A DNA stretch of 64,000 nucleotides from contig OZ220732.1 in assembly GCA_965116905.1 (NCBI GenBank), positions 2,048,001 to 2,112,000 of the forward strand, given 5' to 3'. The translations under genes were made by a program, and so were the position numbers. Each line of letters starts with the position of its first letter. The stretch's first letter is position 1. This stretch comes from Longimicrobiales bacterium (GTDB taxonomy: Bacteria > Gemmatimonadota > Gemmatimonadetes > Longimicrobiales > Gaopeijiaceae). A model generated the notes under the pieces. The model was not told where the DNA came from and did no database searches. It saw only the letters and a list, made by a program, of their open reading frames with translations. Positions 1-10,300 of this stretch are shown here, in pieces.

Positions 1-1145
1 TGGCGCTGTGCTTCGTGAACGCGGCGCTGATCGTGCACCGGCGCCGCTTCCCCGACATGGAACGGCCCTTCCGGGTCCCCCTGGTGCCGCTCCTTCCGGC
101 GCTCGGGATTGCGGCCAACATCTACCTGATCCTGCAGATCCCGGTGCAGGGCCACATCCAGCCGGTCGTGCTCGCGATTCTGGCGCTCGCGCTCGGGCTG
201 TTCGCCTACGCGGCGTGGCGCGGCACACGCTTCGACGTGCCCGATCCCGCCGGTCCGGGCTCCAGGGTGGTGGCGCTTCGAGCCTCGCCGCGCACGGCCG
301 CCTTCCGGATCCTGGTGCCCGTGCACAACCCGCACACGGCCAAGCCCCTCCTCCGGCTGGCGGCGACGCTGGCGAGACCGCGCGGCGGCGAGATCGTCCT
401 GCTCAGGGTCGTTCAGGTGCCGGACCAGCTGCCTGCGGAACTCGCGCGTGCCCAGATCAAGGGGGAAGAACGGTTGCTCGAGGGCCTGCAGGCTCTCGAG
501 GGCGATATCGGCGTACCGATAACGACCGAGGTCCGGGTGGGACGCAACGTCGGCCGCGCCATCCTCGAATCAGCGCGCGAGGACCGGTCGCACCTGATCG
601 TGCTCGGCTGGAAGGGCTTCACCACCACCGCACGCAAGATCCTGGGCGAGGTCACCGACGATGTCGTCCGCCTCGCCCGGTCGGACATCATGCTGGTCAA
701 GTTCGGCGGCGAATCCGCCGTGCCGAAGCGCATCCTGCTGCCCAGCGCCGGGGGCATCCACGCAAGCAAGGCGAAGGGATACGCACTCGGCATGACGGGC
801 GCGGACGGCGGCGAGCTGACGCTTGCGTCGATCGTGCCCGCGGACGCCCCCGATGACCGCCAGGCCGAGGAGGAGGAACGCCTCGCCCGGGAACGCGCCG
901 AGTTGCCGGAAGAGGCGGCCGTCGCCACGCGGGTGATCACCGGGGCCGGCGTAGCCGAGTCGATTGTGGCGGCTGCGTCCGGCTACGACGCGGTCATGGT
1001 GGGGGCGTCGGGACAGAGCTTCTCGAACAACATCCTCTTCGGGACGCTTCCAGAGCGCATCGCGCGCGAGGCGGAAGGGACGGTGCTCGTGTTCAAGGGC
1101 CACGACCGGGTGCGCGCGTTCGTGGGGCGGGTCGCGGCGGACTGA
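1..1145 (+). CDS. Amino acid permease (APC) C-terminus fused to two universal stress protein domains; 5'-truncated by window edge
   Basis: RPFRVPLVP motif and TM helices, then USP-like ILVPV...LIVLGW...GEVTDDVVR and ILLP...VMVGAS...FGTLPERI. Confidence 0.8.
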   Translation, partial: ALCFVNAALIVHRRRFPDMERPFRVPLVPLLPALGIAANIYLILQIPVQGHIQPVVLAILALALGLFAYAAWRGTRFDVPDPAGPGSRVVALRASPRTAAFRILVPVHNPHTAKPLLRLAATLARPRGGEIVLLRVVQVPDQLPAELARAQIKGEERLLEGLQALEGDIGVPITTEVRVGRNVGRAILESAREDRSHLIVLGWKGFTTTARKILGEVTDDVVRLARSDIMLVKFGGESAVPKRILLPSAGGIHASKAKGYALGMTGADGGELTLASIVPADAPDDRQAEEEERLARERAELPEEAAVATRVITGAGVAESIVAAASGYDAVMVGASGQSFSNNILFGTLPERIAREAEGTVLVFKGHDRVRAFVGRVAAD

Positions 1146-1284
1146 CGGGCAACGGTCGATGTCCGCGCCCGGATCCAGGCTCGGCCCCACAGCCGACGGT
1201 CGCAGAACCGGCCGGGGTCTGTCCCGTGGACGCTCGCGAAGGGGTCCTCTAGCGAGGCCTCGCGTCCGCACCGAGAGCGGCTTC

Positions 1285-2862
1285 ATGTCGCGGGACCGCA
1301 TGCTGGAGAGAGCCATGCAGATGCGTCCCTGGGACGTGATCGTCGTCGGGGGCGGATGCACCGGTATCGCGACGGCCCTCGATGCAGCGGGCCGCGGCTA
1401 TCGCACCCTGCTGGTCGAGCGCGGCGACTTTACCGGCGGCACCTCCAGCCGCAGCACCAAGCTCATCCACGGCGGCGTCCGCTACCTTCGCCAGCGCCGG
1501 GTGCAGATGGTCTACGGCGCGCTCCGGGAACGGCATCGGCTGTGGCGAAACGCGCCCCATCTGGTCGACAGTCTCCCGCTCATCGTGCCCGCGTACAGGT
1601 GGTGGGAGCGACCCTACTACGGTGTCGGGCTGATGGTCTACGATGCGCTGGCCGGCCGCCGGGGTCTCGGGCGCTCCAGGGTTGTCGGCAAGCGTGAATG
1701 CGGCCGGCATGTCTCGACGCTCGCGCGCCGCAACCTGAGGGGGGGCAACCTGCGGGGGGGTGTGCTCTACCACGACGGCCAGTTCGACGACGCCCGACTC
1801 GGTTGGACCCTGTTGCGAACCGCGGCCAACTTCGGCGCGGTGGCCGTCAACTACGCCGAAGCGGTCGCGCTCCGGTCGGCTCGGGGGAGGATCAGGGGGG
1901 TGCGACTGCGTGACCGAGTCGGCGGGGACGAGTGGGTTGCGCTGGGCGGGGTCGTGATCAACGCCACGGGCCCCTCCGCCGATGCCCTGCGAGAACTGGA
2001 CGACGTCCGCGACGGATCCGGGGTCGTCCTGAGCCGGGGCGCGCACATCGTGGTGAGCAGCGCATTCCTTCCCGGCGATACGGCCGTGCTGATTCCGTCG
2101 ACGGACGACGGCAGGGTTCTCTTCGCGATTCCCTGGCACGGCCACGTGCTGATCGGGACGACCGACGTGCCCGTGCCCGAGCCGGTAAGCGAGCCCGTGC
2201 CGACCGCTGCCGAACTCGACTACCTGATCGACCACGGCAGCCGCTACCTGACGCGCCCCCTGGCCCGGTCCGACGTCCTTTCCGCGTGGGCCGGACTGCG
2301 TTCGCTGGCAGCGGTGGACGCCGGGGCGGGGGACACGGCCACGCTGTCGCGGGACCATGCGGTGAGCGTTTCCAGGAGAGGACTCGTCACCGTCGTCGGC
2401 GGCAAGTGGACGACGTGCAGGAAGGTCGCGCAGGACACGATCGACGTCGCGGCGGAGGTGGCCGGCCTGTCGCCGGCGCCGTCGGTGACGGCGCGCCTTC
2501 GCGTGCACGGGTACAGTCGGCGGAAGGCCGTGCGCGCTCCGTGGAAGGTGTACGGATCGGAGGCCGGCGCCGTCCATGCCCTGGAAGCCGCGGACGACCG
2601 CCTTGCCGCGCTGATGCACCCCAGCCTGCCGTACCGGCTGAGCCAGGCAGTGTGGGCCGCCCGCCACGAGATGGCGGTGCACGTCGAGGATGTGCTCGCG
2701 CGAAGGACACGCACGCTGTTCCTCAATGCGAGGGCGGCGTTGGCGGCGGCTCCCGAAGTAGCCCGCGTGATGGCCGCGGAACTGGGGCACGGAGAAAACT
2801 GGGTCGAAGACGAGGTCCGCTCGTTTCGAGCCCTGGCCCGGCGCTACCTTCCGGAATGCTGA
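1285..2862 (+). CDS. glpD: FAD-dependent glycerol-3-phosphate dehydrogenase/oxidase
   Basis: DVIVVGGGCTG, GTSSRSTKLIHGGVRYL, DGQFDDAR, GGKWTT, DVLARRTR; start set at ATG 1285. Confidence 0.92.
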   Translation: MSRDRMLERAMQMRPWDVIVVGGGCTGIATALDAAGRGYRTLLVERGDFTGGTSSRSTKLIHGGVRYLRQRRVQMVYGALRERHRLWRNAPHLVDSLPLIVPAYRWWERPYYGVGLMVYDALAGRRGLGRSRVVGKRECGRHVSTLARRNLRGGNLRGGVLYHDGQFDDARLGWTLLRTAANFGAVAVNYAEAVALRSARGRIRGVRLRDRVGGDEWVALGGVVINATGPSADALRELDDVRDGSGVVLSRGAHIVVSSAFLPGDTAVLIPSTDDGRVLFAIPWHGHVLIGTTDVPVPEPVSEPVPTAAELDYLIDHGSRYLTRPLARSDVLSAWAGLRSLAAVDAGAGDTATLSRDHAVSVSRRGLVTVVGGKWTTCRKVAQDTIDVAAEVAGLSPAPSVTARLRVHGYSRRKAVRAPWKVYGSEAGAVHALEAADDRLAALMHPSLPYRLSQAVWAARHEMAVHVEDVLARRTRTLFLNARAALAAAPEVARVMAAELGHGENWVEDEVRSFRALARRYLPEC

Positions 2863-3605
2863 GCTGTCCGGCCGGCCGCCGCGCGGCCATCGTGGTGGTG
2901 CTCACGGTCCTGGCGTGCGAGCCGAACTCCGGCCCACCCGGACGCCGGATCCTCCTCGATCCCGGGCACCCCGCCTGGGCCGAAGCCGCTCCCGACACCT
3001 TCCTGACTCGCTTCGAGACGAGCGCGGGCGACTTCGCGATCGAGGTCGTGCGGGCCTGGGCGCCGATCGGGGCCGACCGCTTCCATAACCTCGTGCGACA
3101 CGGCTACTACGACGATTCGCGCTTCCACCGCACCGTGCCCGGCTTCATCGTCCAGTGGGGACTGGCCGGCGACCCCGAGGTCACGGCTGCCTGGATTGGC
3201 GAGGCCATTCCGGACGATGCGGCCGTCGTGGCCAGCAACGTCCGGGGAACCGTCGCGTTCGCCTTCACGGAGCCCCACACACGCACCACGCAGGTCTACA
3301 TCAACCTGGTCGACAACAGCCGCCTCGATTCGCAGGGATTCCCGCCATTCGGTCAGGTGGTGGAGGGCATGGACATCGTCGACCGCATCCATTTCGGGTA
3401 CGGAGAGAACTCGGGAGGCGGAGTGCGCCGGGGCGACCAGAGCGCGATCGTGGCCGGTGGCAACGCATACCTGGACCGCGAGTTCCCCTTGCTCGACCGG
3501 CTGATTCGCGCCACCGTCGAGCCGCCCGCACCCGCGGAGCCGCCCGCACCCACAGAGCTGGCCCCGTCCGCAGAGCCGCCGAAGCCCGCAACCAGGAGCA
3601 GATAG
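2856..3605 (+). CDS. Cyclophilin-type peptidyl-prolyl isomerase, probable lipoprotein
   Basis: FETSAGDF, RFHRTVPGFIVQWG, SNVRGTVAFA, TTQVYINLVDNSRLD; VLAC lipobox; Pro-rich tail. Confidence 0.88.
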   Translation: MLSCPAGRRAAIVVVLTVLACEPNSGPPGRRILLDPGHPAWAEAAPDTFLTRFETSAGDFAIEVVRAWAPIGADRFHNLVRHGYYDDSRFHRTVPGFIVQWGLAGDPEVTAAWIGEAIPDDAAVVASNVRGTVAFAFTEPHTRTTQVYINLVDNSRLDSQGFPPFGQVVEGMDIVDRIHFGYGENSGGGVRRGDQSAIVAGGNAYLDREFPLLDRLIRATVEPPAPAEPPAPTELAPSAEPPKPATRSR

Positions 3606-3608
3606 AAG

Positions 3609-4130
3609 ATGCCCGACTCGCCCGGAAGGCCCCGTGACAACGAATGCGCCGACTTCTACCAGCCCTACATCGCCGCCGCCGAGGAGCCCCTGCTCACCGG
3701 CCTGGAGCACGACGCGGAGGCCTGGCGCGCCCTGCTGGCGACCGTGCCTTCCGACCGGGAGGGCTACCGCTATGCGGACGGCAAGTGGTCGGTGCGTGAG
3801 GTGGTCGGCCATGTCATCGACGCCGAACGGATGTTCAGCGTGCGCACGATGGCGTTCGCCCGAGGGGATCGGTCGCACTTTCCCTCATTCGATGAAAACG
3901 CCTACGCATCGGCCTCCGGGGCCGACCGTCGCTCGCTTGCCGACCTGGCCGTGGAGTTTTCCGCCGTGCGGACCGCGACCCTGCTTCTGCTGAGGAGCTT
4001 CGAGGATGGGATCTGGGACCGGCGCGGCGTCGCCAGCGGCTACGAGTTCACGGTGAGGAGTCTGGCCTGGATCATTTCCGGCCACTCGCGGCATCACCGA
4101 GGGGTGTTGGCGGAGCGGTATCTCCCATGA
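3609..4130 (+). CDS. DinB/YfiT family protein
   Basis: YADGKWSVREVVGHVIDAER and GHSRHH. Confidence 0.88.
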   Translation: MPDSPGRPRDNECADFYQPYIAAAEEPLLTGLEHDAEAWRALLATVPSDREGYRYADGKWSVREVVGHVIDAERMFSVRTMAFARGDRSHFPSFDENAYASASGADRRSLADLAVEFSAVRTATLLLLRSFEDGIWDRRGVASGYEFTVRSLAWIISGHSRHHRGVLAERYLP

Positions 4131-5095
4131 AATTCCGCGTCATCTCGCGAGCCGAAATCCTCTCGCTGATCACCATGCACGACGCCATCGAGGCGATGGC
4201 CGGCGGCTTCGCGCAGCTGTCGGCGGGCCGGGTGGAGATGCCCGTCCGGGTGGTCCTGTCGTCGGGTGACGGGTTCTCGCTCTTCATGCCCGCGCGACTG
4301 GGGGCGACCGGCGGCCGGGGCGCCAAGATCGCGTCGCTCTTCCCCGGGAACCGGGACAGGGGGCTGGCCACGATCAACGGCGTGATCCTGATGATCGACG
4401 ACGAAACCGGGCTCCCGGCCGCGATCATGGACGCCGGCGAACTGACGGCGATCCGGACGGCGGCTGCGGCCGGGCTCGCGGCGAAGCTGGTGAGCCGCGC
4501 CGACTGTCGGGTGCTGACGATCTTCGGCGCGGGCGCGCAGGCGCCGTGGCAGATCGAGGCGATCCGCGCCGTGCGGCCGATCGAGGAGGTGCGGGTGGTG
4601 TCCAAGGGCGGGGAGTCGGCGCGGCGGCTGGCGGCCTCGCTGGAGGGCGTCGAGGCACGGGCGTTGACGGATCCGGCCGAGGCCGTGGATGGGGCCGACA
4701 TCATCGTGGCCGTGACGACGGCGAGCACACCGGTGTTCGACGGCTCGGGGCTCCCCGCCGGCACGCACGTCAGCGGGAGCGGGAGCTTTCAGCCGCACAC
4801 GCGCGAGGTGGGCGACGAGGTGGTGACGCGGGCTCGGGTCGTGGTGGAGGAGCGGGAGGCCGTGCTCGAGGAGGCGGGAGACCTGATCATCCCGATCGAG
4901 GAGGGACTGGTGACCGCCGACGTGATCGACGCCGACCTCGGCGAGATCGTCAACGGGGACGCGCCGGAGGGGAATGCCGGCCGCGAGCTCACGTTCTTCA
5001 AGTCGGTGGGCACGGCGGTCCAGGACGTAGCGATCGGGGCCGAGGTCCTGCGCCGGGCCGAGGCAGCCGGAGTCGGTCAGGTGGTGAGCCTGTAG
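4127..5095 (+). CDS. Ornithine cyclodeaminase / mu-crystallin family protein
   Basis: LFMPA, LTAIRTAAA, IFGAGAQA, FKSVGTAVQD. Confidence 0.9.
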   Translation: MKFRVISRAEILSLITMHDAIEAMAGGFAQLSAGRVEMPVRVVLSSGDGFSLFMPARLGATGGRGAKIASLFPGNRDRGLATINGVILMIDDETGLPAAIMDAGELTAIRTAAAAGLAAKLVSRADCRVLTIFGAGAQAPWQIEAIRAVRPIEEVRVVSKGGESARRLAASLEGVEARALTDPAEAVDGADIIVAVTTASTPVFDGSGLPAGTHVSGSGSFQPHTREVGDEVVTRARVVVEEREAVLEEAGDLIIPIEEGLVTADVIDADLGEIVNGDAPEGNAGRELTFFKSVGTAVQDVAIGAEVLRRAEAAGVGQVVSL

Positions 5096-5096
5096 G

Positions 5097-5486
5097 CTAG
5101 CCGAGGGAGTCCGCGGCGGCCTTCAGTGCGCGGTCGAACGTCCGGATGCGGACGACGCCGCGCCGCTGACAGCTCGCGAGATGGCACAGGTCACGGGCCC
5201 CGAGCGCCGGGTGCAGCGCCGTGAGCTCGATGCCGAGGAGCACGTCCTCGCGTTCAAGGGGCCAAACGTCCATCCCGGTCCGGTCGACGAGCCGCAGCGC
5301 GGCCGCGAGGGCGTCCCTGCGGTCCACGGGCAGGTACGCGTGGGCCAGTTCCTGCAGGACCTCGGACGACGTTGCGAGCGGTTGTTGGTCCGCCGTGGCC
5401 GCAGCGAAGAAGCGGCGCGCCGGCTGGCGGAGCGGGTGCTCCCTTCCGACCGCGTACATCAGGACACTGGTGTCGACGAAGACCAT
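5097..5486 (-). CDS. vapC: PIN-domain toxin (VapC family)
   Basis: MVFVDTSVLMYAVG...SEVLQE...ARDLCHLA...IRTFDR, with PIN acidic residues. Confidence 0.88.
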   Translation of the reverse strand: MVFVDTSVLMYAVGREHPLRQPARRFFAAATADQQPLATSSEVLQELAHAYLPVDRRDALAAALRLVDRTGMDVWPLEREDVLLGIELTALHPALGARDLCHLASCQRRGVVRIRTFDRALKAAADSLG

Positions 5487-5497
5487 GGTTCGCCTGG

Positions 5498-5773
5498 TCA
5501 GGTCCCGGCTGCGCCCCGGCCCCGCGAAGCGCGAATGACGTCGAGGTGCTGCTCCCAGTCGGGCTCGGCACCGCACGCTGTCTCGGCGTCGCGGTCCGCG
5601 AAGAACTCCCACACATCATCTTCCGTGTGGAACGGTTCACTGCCTGCACGACGGTCCAGCCGGTCGGCGGCGGCGGCGCGCAACCAGGCGCTCAGGGTCA
5701 GGCCCTCGCGGTGGGCGGCGGCGGCGTAGCGGGTGCGGTCGGGCTCGGAGACGACCAGGTGGATTCGCGGCAT
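5498..5773 (-). CDS. Putative antitoxin (ribbon-helix-helix-like), upstream of vapC
   Basis: MPRIHLVV..DRTRYAAAAHREGLTLSAWLRAAA; position and size typical of a VapB partner. Confidence 0.75.
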   Translation of the reverse strand: MPRIHLVVSEPDRTRYAAAAHREGLTLSAWLRAAAADRLDRRAGSEPFHTEDDVWEFFADRDAETACGAEPDWEQHLDVIRASRGRGAAGT

Positions 5774-5817
5774 GGAGTGGCTTGGGGAATGTGTATAGAA
5801 GATGGTCAATCACATTT

Positions 5818-5831
5818 AATATACATATATT
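5818..5831. promoter_or_regulatory. Palindrome AATATA-CA-TATATT in the AT-rich divergent TA promoter region; candidate antitoxin operator
   Basis: Perfect 6-bp inverted repeat seen; operator role inferred. Confidence 0.45.
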
Positions 5832-5909
5832 TGGTCAAGGTTCCACCCCAGTACTCCCCCCGGCGGACATAATGTTGTAATTACTTGCGTTTTCTAGCAT
5901 ATTCTACGA

Positions 5910-6548
5910 ATGAAATTCTCCCAACTGCTCGAAATCGTCGAAGACGAGCCCGTTTTTGAAACCGGACTGCTGATGGCGGGCCGGGGCCTCGAGCCGGGTC
6001 TTCCGGCGCAGTTGAGCCGATGGTCCGCGTCGGGGAAACTGTTTCGGCTGCGGCGCGGTCTGTATGCGCTGGCACCGCCGTACCGCAAGGTCATCCCTCA
6101 CCCCTTCCTCATCGCGAACCGGCTGGCGCCTGGATCCTACGTGAGCGGACTCTCGGCGCTGGCGTACGCGAATGCCATTCCGGAGTTCGTGGCCGAGGTG
6201 ACCAGCTGTGGGCCGGGGCGCCCACGGATTCGGGAGACGCCGCTGGGGCGGTTCTCCTTTCGATACCTCAAACCGGAGCTGCGGAGCGGGTATCGGCAGG
6301 TCGACCTGAGCGGTGGTCAGAGGGCCTTTATCGCATCGCCGGAGAAGGCCTTGCTCGATCTGGTCCACCTTCAGCCCGGCGGTGACCGTCCTGCCTGGAT
6401 CGACGGGCTGCGGTTGAATCTGGAGGCCCTCTCCGCCCGGCATGTGGCAGAGCTCGCGGACGCCATGGGCAGTCCCAAGCTGAACCGGGCCGCCGCTCAC
6501 CTGCAGCGCAGGGCAAATGATCCGGCCCTGGCCTATGAACTGCTATGA
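5910..6548 (+). CDS. Type IV TA antitoxin, AbiEi-like
   Basis: QLSRW...LRRGLY...SYVSGLSALAY...ASPEKALLD. Confidence 0.82.
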   Translation: MKFSQLLEIVEDEPVFETGLLMAGRGLEPGLPAQLSRWSASGKLFRLRRGLYALAPPYRKVIPHPFLIANRLAPGSYVSGLSALAYANAIPEFVAEVTSCGPGRPRIRETPLGRFSFRYLKPELRSGYRQVDLSGGQRAFIASPEKALLDLVHLQPGGDRPAWIDGLRLNLEALSARHVAELADAMGSPKLNRAAAHLQRRANDPALAYELL

Positions 6549-7387
6549 AGGATCATCTGCGCTCCCTCGTGCGCGGCCTCGATCCCCTGGTCGGCCGGAA
6601 CGTCCTCCGCGAATACCTGCAAGCCCGGATTCTCGAGGGCCTGCAGCGGGCCGGGGCGATGTCACCGCTCGCATTCCAGGGCGGCACCGCTCTGCGTTTC
6701 CTCTACAGTCTGCGCAGATACTCCGAGGATCTCGATTTCGCACTGGAGGGGCCGCGGGAACTCTACGACCTGAGGGGCTGGATGCGGGCAGTGGCGCGGC
6801 AGCTCCGGCGGGAGGGCTACGAGGCCGATGCGTCGGTGCGCGACCACCGTACCGTCCACACCGGCTGGATCCGCGTGCGCGGGGTGCTCTACGAAACCGG
6901 GCTGTCGCCCCACCGGGACGAGACGCTGAGCGTCAAAGCCGACGTGGACACCAATCCACCGGCGGGTGCGGTCACGCGGACACGCCTGATCCGACGACAT
7001 GTGTCGTTGAGGCTCCACCATCACGACCGCGCGTCGCTGCTGGCGGGCAAGCTGCACGCGGTCCTGTGTCGGCCGTGGGCCAAGGGCAGGGACATCTACG
7101 ACCTGGCATGGTACCTGAGCGATCCGACGTGGCCGTCGCCGAACCTGAAGCTGCTGAACGCGGCGGTCCGGCAAACCGACGCGGCGGTCAGGCAAACCGA
7201 CGCGGAGCTCCGGTCACTCGATGAGACCACCTGGCCGCTGGCCGTGGCGAAACGAGTGGAGGGGCTGTCGTGGGATGCGGTCGTTGACGATGTGCGACCG
7301 TTCCTGGAGGGCGAAGAGGAGATGGTGGGGAAGGCGGATGTGTTGGGGTTGCTGGGGGCAGGCAGCCAGCCTCACCTCATGGACTGA
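6545..7387 (+). CDS. AbiEii/AbiGii-family nucleotidyltransferase toxin
   Basis: FQGGTALRFLY..RYSEDLDF, KLHAVL.R..KGRDIYDL; ATGA overlap with antitoxin. Confidence 0.88.
   Translation: MKDHLRSLVRGLDPLVGRNVLREYLQARILEGLQRAGAMSPLAFQGGTALRFLYSLRRYSEDLDFALEGPRELYDLRGWMRAVARQLRREGYEADASVRDHRTVHTGWIRVRGVLYETGLSPHRDETLSVKADVDTNPPAGAVTRTRLIRRHVSLRLHHHDRASLLAGKLHAVLCRPWAKGRDIYDLAWYLSDPTWPSPNLKLLNAAVRQTDAAVRQTDAELRSLDETTWPLAVAKRVEGLSWDAVVDDVRPFLEGEEEMVGKADVLGLLGAGSQPHLMD
7158..7205 (+). repeat. In-frame 21-bp tandem duplication (AAVRQTD x2) in AbiEii
   Basis: acgcggcggtc(c/a)ggcaaaccg x2 plus a partial copy. Confidence 0.85.
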
Positions 7388-10300
7388 CCACCTCCCCCGC
7401 CTCGGCCGTCAGCACTTCCAGCATCTCCATGTAGAAGTCCCGGCGCGAGCGCTGGTCCTGGGTGAGCGGCGCGACCACGCCCTCGGCGTCGCCGGCAAGG
7501 CGGCCGAGCCGGCTCGCCAGCTCGCCGAACTCACGGGCGAGGTCGCGCAACTTGGCCGCGCGTGGGCTGGAGTCGTCGTCGGCAATGTCCTGCAGCGCCT
7601 CGCTGACCCCCGCCATCTCGGCGTTCGTCCGCGCGAGGGCGTCCGCAAGGTCCAGCAGCGTGGCGGTCCAGGCGGCGCGCGTGCCCGGTGAGGCGCCGAT
7701 CCGCGGGTCCTCGCGGACCGTGAACTGTTGCGCCAGGTCGGCCGCCGTGCCGTCCTGCCCGGCAACCTCCAGCCGGGCCGTGTACGTGCCGGGTACGACC
7801 AGGGGGCCGCGAATGGCGCGCTGGAAGGGTCCCGGCGCGAAGTCACCGCCGCCCACATCCACCTCGTGGCGCATGTCCCACACCACGCGGTTCATGCCCT
7901 GCCGCGTGGTGCCGGTCACCGTGGTCACCTGGGCACCGTCCGCGTCCTGGATTGCAACCTCGACCGTGCCGTCCCCGGTGGTCTCGCCGAGCCAGTAATC
8001 GATGATTGCGCCCAGAGGGGGGTTTTCGCCCTGGTAGTGCACATCTCCCGTGTGGGCGTGGCGACCCGCGCGGCGGATTTGCGTGGCCGGCTCGATGGTG
8101 AAGAGATGGGCGCTCTTCCCAACCACCACCTCCGACAGCTCCTGGAGCGCGTTGATCTGATCGAGGATCCAGATGCCGCGGCCGTGCGTCCCCAGCACCA
8201 GGTCGTTCTCGCGGGGATGGATGACGAGGTCGTTGAAGGGAAGAGTGGGCATGCCGCCCCGCAGTTCGGTCCAGTGCGTGCCGCCGTCCATCGTGTAGTA
8301 GAGGCCGATTTCGGCGCCCAGGAAGAGGACGGACGGGTTGCGCAGGTCTTCGCGGACGGTCCGGAGCACGCGGTCGGCGGGCAGGTCGCCGGTGATCGAG
8401 ACCCAGGTCTGGCCGTAGTCGTCGGAGCGGTAGAGGTAGTTGGCGTAGTCGTCGTTGCGGTAGTTGTTCCAGACGGCGTAGACGCGGGCCTCGTCGTGGC
8501 GGGATGGCTCGATGCCGCTGACCCATGCTCCGTTGGGAAGGCCGGGGAAGTCGGCGTGGGCGGCGGGCGCGGAGTGGGCGGACCGGGCGCTGGTGGCAGG
8601 CCCGTCCGAGTCGGAAATGTCGCGGGCGGACAGGTCGATCCAGCGCTCGCCGCCGTCGTGCGAGACGTGGAGGCGGCCGTCGTCGGTGCCGGCGTAGATG
8701 AGGCCGCGCCGGAGCGGGCTCTCGGAGACCGCCGAGATGGTGGGCCAGTAGGGGATGCCGTCGTCGAGCGAGGGCAGGTTGTCGTGGGGCATCTGTCCCA
8801 TGATCGGGACGGAGCGGCGGTCGGTGCCCGTGGTGAGGTCGCCCAGGGGCTGCCACGAGTCCCCCCGGTCCGTGGTCCTCCACATGATGTTCGTGCCGGC
8901 GTACAGGGTCGACGCGTCGTGCGGCGAAATGATGAAGGGGCCGTCCCAGTTGGCGGGCGCCATCGCGTTGCCGAGGCGCTGTTCCTCGAAGGTGCCGACC
9001 TCGCGCCATGTTTCCCAGTTGCGGCGTCCGGCGATGTGGCCGACGGGATCGCCGGGGCGGATGGCGGTGCGCTCGCCGGTGCGCGTGTCGAAGCGCGAGA
9101 GGCCGAGGTACTGCGACTCGGTGTAGATGACGGTGTTGTTGGTGGTGTCCGCCAGGTTGATGAACCCGTCGCCGCCGCCCAGGCGGGTCCAGTCACTGTT
9201 GACGATGCCGTTCTGGCGCCATGTCTCGCTGGGCCCCATCCATGAGCCATTGTCCTGGAGCCCGCCGTTGACGTTGTAGGGGTGGGCCATGTCGACGCTG
9301 ACGCGGTAGTACTGGCTCACCGGAAGGTCGGAGATGTAGAGCCAGTTGAGTCCGCGGTCGTAGGAAATCCCCAGTCCGCCGTCGTCGGCCTTCATGACGT
9401 GGCGGGAGTCGGAGGGGTTGACCCAGACGAGCCGGTCGTCGCCGTGGAGGCTCTGGGGCGGGACGGTGAACGTGCGGCCCCCGTCGTCCGAGAAGGAGTA
9501 GCTGTTGACCATGTAGATCCGCTGATCGTCGCTCGGATCGACCGTGATCTGGCTGGCGTACATGGGGCGCGGATTCCAGTCGCTCATCAGCTCCCACGTG
9601 TCGCCGCGGTCCTCGGAGCGGTAGATGCCGGCGCGCCGCTCGGTGTAGGCGGTGGACGCGTTGTAGCGGTACCCCTGCTCGACGCTGACGTAGACGATGC
9701 GGGGGTCGCTGCGGTAGATGGAGATGCCGATCCGGCCGATCACGTCCTCGGGCAGGCCGCGGGTGATGCCGGGACCGGTCAGCCGCTCCCAGGTGTCGCC
9801 GCCGTCCATGCTGCGGTGGAGCGCGCTGCCGGGGCCGCCGCCGTGGAAGCCCCAGGGGCGCCGCTGCCGCTGGTAGGTGGCCGCATAGACGATGTTGGGC
9901 TGGTCGGGGTCGAGCGCGACGTCCACGGCGCCGGTGTTCTCGTCGACCTGCAGGATGGGTTGCCAGGTGGCGCCGCCGTCGGTGCTGCGGTAGAGGCCGC
10001 GTTCCTCATTGGGGCCCCAGAGGTGGCCCATGGCGGCGACGTAGACGAGGTCGGTGTCGTCCGGGTGGAGCGCGATGCGCCCGATGTGCTTGCTGTCGCG
10101 CAGCCCCATGTTCGTCCAGGTCTCGCCGCCGTCGGTGCTCTTGTAGACGCCGTCGCCCCACGACGAGCTTTGCCGGTTGGCGCGCTCGCCGGTGCCCACC
10201 CACACGATGGACGTGTCGCGCTGGTGGAGGGCGATCGCTCCGACCGAATGCGTGCCCTCGTTCTCGAACACGGGATCGAGCGTAATGCCGTTGTCGCTGG

